From the NCBI GenBank assembly GCA_028534125.1, contig JAPYYK010000094.1, positions 62,001 to 126,000 on the forward strand: DNA of 64,000 nt, read 5' to 3'. Made by a program: the position numbers and the translations under genes. The notes under the pieces are model-generated. The model made no database searches. It was given only the letters and a program-made list of their open reading frames with translations, and was not told the origin of the DNA. This DNA is from Lama glama (lineage: Eukaryota). Below are positions 62,147-64,000 of the stretch, piece by piece (position 1 is the stretch's first letter; each line of letters opens with the position of its first letter).

Positions 62147-64000
62147 CAACAAATATACAACAGTATAGAGGTAAATAACGCACAGAAAGGGAGCAGAGTA
62201 TGGACAGCGATGTGGGGAGGCTTCCCAGGCCGAAGGTACCATCTGAGCCTGGTTTTAAAGGCCCAGTGGGATTCATCAGACAGCATGAGTGGGAAGGAAG
62301 GGCTTTCTAGGCAGAGGGAACAGCACGCACAAAGGCCCAACATGAAGACAGTAAGTAGTGTGGTGTACTCTGCTAACTTCACGTCCTCTAGTCATTATGG
62401 GTATAAACCTTGGTGTGCAAACTCAGAAGTCATTTTTTAGAAATGAAATTAATTTCTGACTCTGAGCCTTGTTTCTCCAGAGAATGTCACCCCCATCATA
62501 CCTGGTGTTTCTAGGTTTGTGAGATGTTCCAAGATCCTATACTGTGCCAAGACATGGGGCAGCCACCAGTCTCCATAGTTTAGCCCGGAGATGCCACTGT
62601 CCCTATCTTTGACTTCCCTGCCTCTGTGCTATGCAGGAGTCTTTGTCAAGGCCAGAAACCCAGGGCTTATGGTTCCATATGCCTGACGCACCGTGGGGGG
62701 CACTCTTCCCTGGGGTCTTGCTGTCTCCGCACACCCTGCCAGGAAGCAGGCTGGGTGGGGCTCCTGCTGTTGGCAGCCTCCCCATCTCCTGCAGGAAGAA
62801 CCGCTTTCCGGTCTTAGAGCAGGTGATGCGAGGGAACTTGCTCTCCACTGTTCCCCCGGGGGCACTTGTCCATCCCAGTCAATCTTCTCCATTAATCTCC
62901 TTTGCAAACTCCCTAAATTGCCCTCATTTGTGAACAAAGATCCAGCATGACTGTCAAACTACTTCTACTTGAATGAGAGAAAGGAAAAGAAGATACTGCA
63001 TAGAGAAAAAAAATTCCAAAATATGCAGCTTTGTAAATGACCACAGCGTCTGATGATATGCACTTAGTGAGGCCACAGGGTGAAAGTCCCACCCAAGGGT
63101 TTCTCTAAGGAACACAGGCCTGAGATTGCTCCACTTTTCATCATGTGTCCCTCCATCACCGGGTCTTTAACAAGCTGGTGCAGTGGACTCAGTCCTCTAA
63201 GCCCCTGCCCCTGAGGCATTCAACCTTGCAGAGTGTGCGGTCCCCAGGCCTCCACCCACCCCTGAAGCAGGGCATGGAATTGGAGGGGAGGTTGCAAAAG
63301 AGAGGCCGTGAGGGTAGAGGCTTGAAAGTGGGTCCAGACACAGCCTAGAGACAAGGATGGAGTAGAGGTGGGAGAAGAGAAGCAGAAATGTTTGGCCTCC
63401 CAAGTCCAAGAGAGCCAAGAGGACAGCCAGGAAGAGCAGGTTAAAATGGGAGCACACAGAGGAGGAGGCTGATCTGGGTTACCTTTGCCTCTTGTCAGGC
63501 TGAGTGGCTGGAGCCATTTAAAGAGTCAGTAGGACAGGAGCCGACAGCTGGGAATGGCAGGTGGCAGGCAGGGGTGTGGCGTTGGGAAGGAGAGCTTCCT
63601 TGGGGGGAAGAGAGGGTCTAGAAGGCTGTCGCTGAAGCAGAGTGAGGGCCCAGGGTCCACCGGGAACCGATTCCCAAGCCATTCCCACACACGTGTGATG
63701 GCGGGTGGGGGAGAGCAGAGAGAACCAGGACACAGAGGTGAAAACAGTTGCGGGGTCAGCTGGCCTGGTCACCAACTTTGCTTTGTAGGGAGGATGTTTA
63801 TTTAAGGAAAATCACTATGTTTACTCAAAGCTTTGGGCTGCAGCCCTCAGGGGTGGAATTATCAGTGAAAGCTGGGCTATTAATCAATTGTGGGGCCTGG
63901 TGACAGAACTTATTCCCTTCCGGAGAGTAGGAGGGACGGGGAGAGAGGGAGGAAGGGACAGAAGGGGGCTGGCTGGGGCCTCAGCCAGGGTGGGAATGAC

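Noticed and set aside
91-63805. The many 60-276 aa ORFs in the six-frame track (e.g. 29447-30277, 50810-51520, 50130-50825, 9958-10590)
   Set aside because: They have the P/G/S/L/R-rich composition expected from GC-rich non-coding DNA, overlap on all frames, often use non-ATG starts, show no recognisable domains, and many run through transposons.

Overview
This is mammalian genomic DNA, almost certainly from a camelid (alpaca, llama or camel), because it carries three tRNA-Ala-derived vic-1-type SINEs and cetartiodactyl-type L1 3' ends. The window looks intergenic or intronic. I found no protein-coding exon, rRNA, true tRNA or CRISPR array. The short ORFs in the track look like chance ORFs in GC-rich DNA, except 56209-56541, which is a decayed L1 ORF2 C-terminus. 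Much of the window is ancient repeats (MIR, L2, L1M/HAL1, hAT MITEs MER3/5/33/53/58, MLT1/LTR16/LTR33 LTRs, one ERV1-like solo LTR), several nested with visible target-site duplications (TSDs). There are four assembly gaps. The best unexplained structure is a ~1 kb AT-rich polyadenylated insert (60759-61782) that splits an L1MB and looks like a retrocopied mRNA 3' end or an orphan transduction. Several repeat-free islands carry enhancer- or promoter-like motif clusters. I found no convincing evidence of a new biological system. Repeat family names come from recalled consensus sequences, and boundaries are approximate unless a TSD is given.
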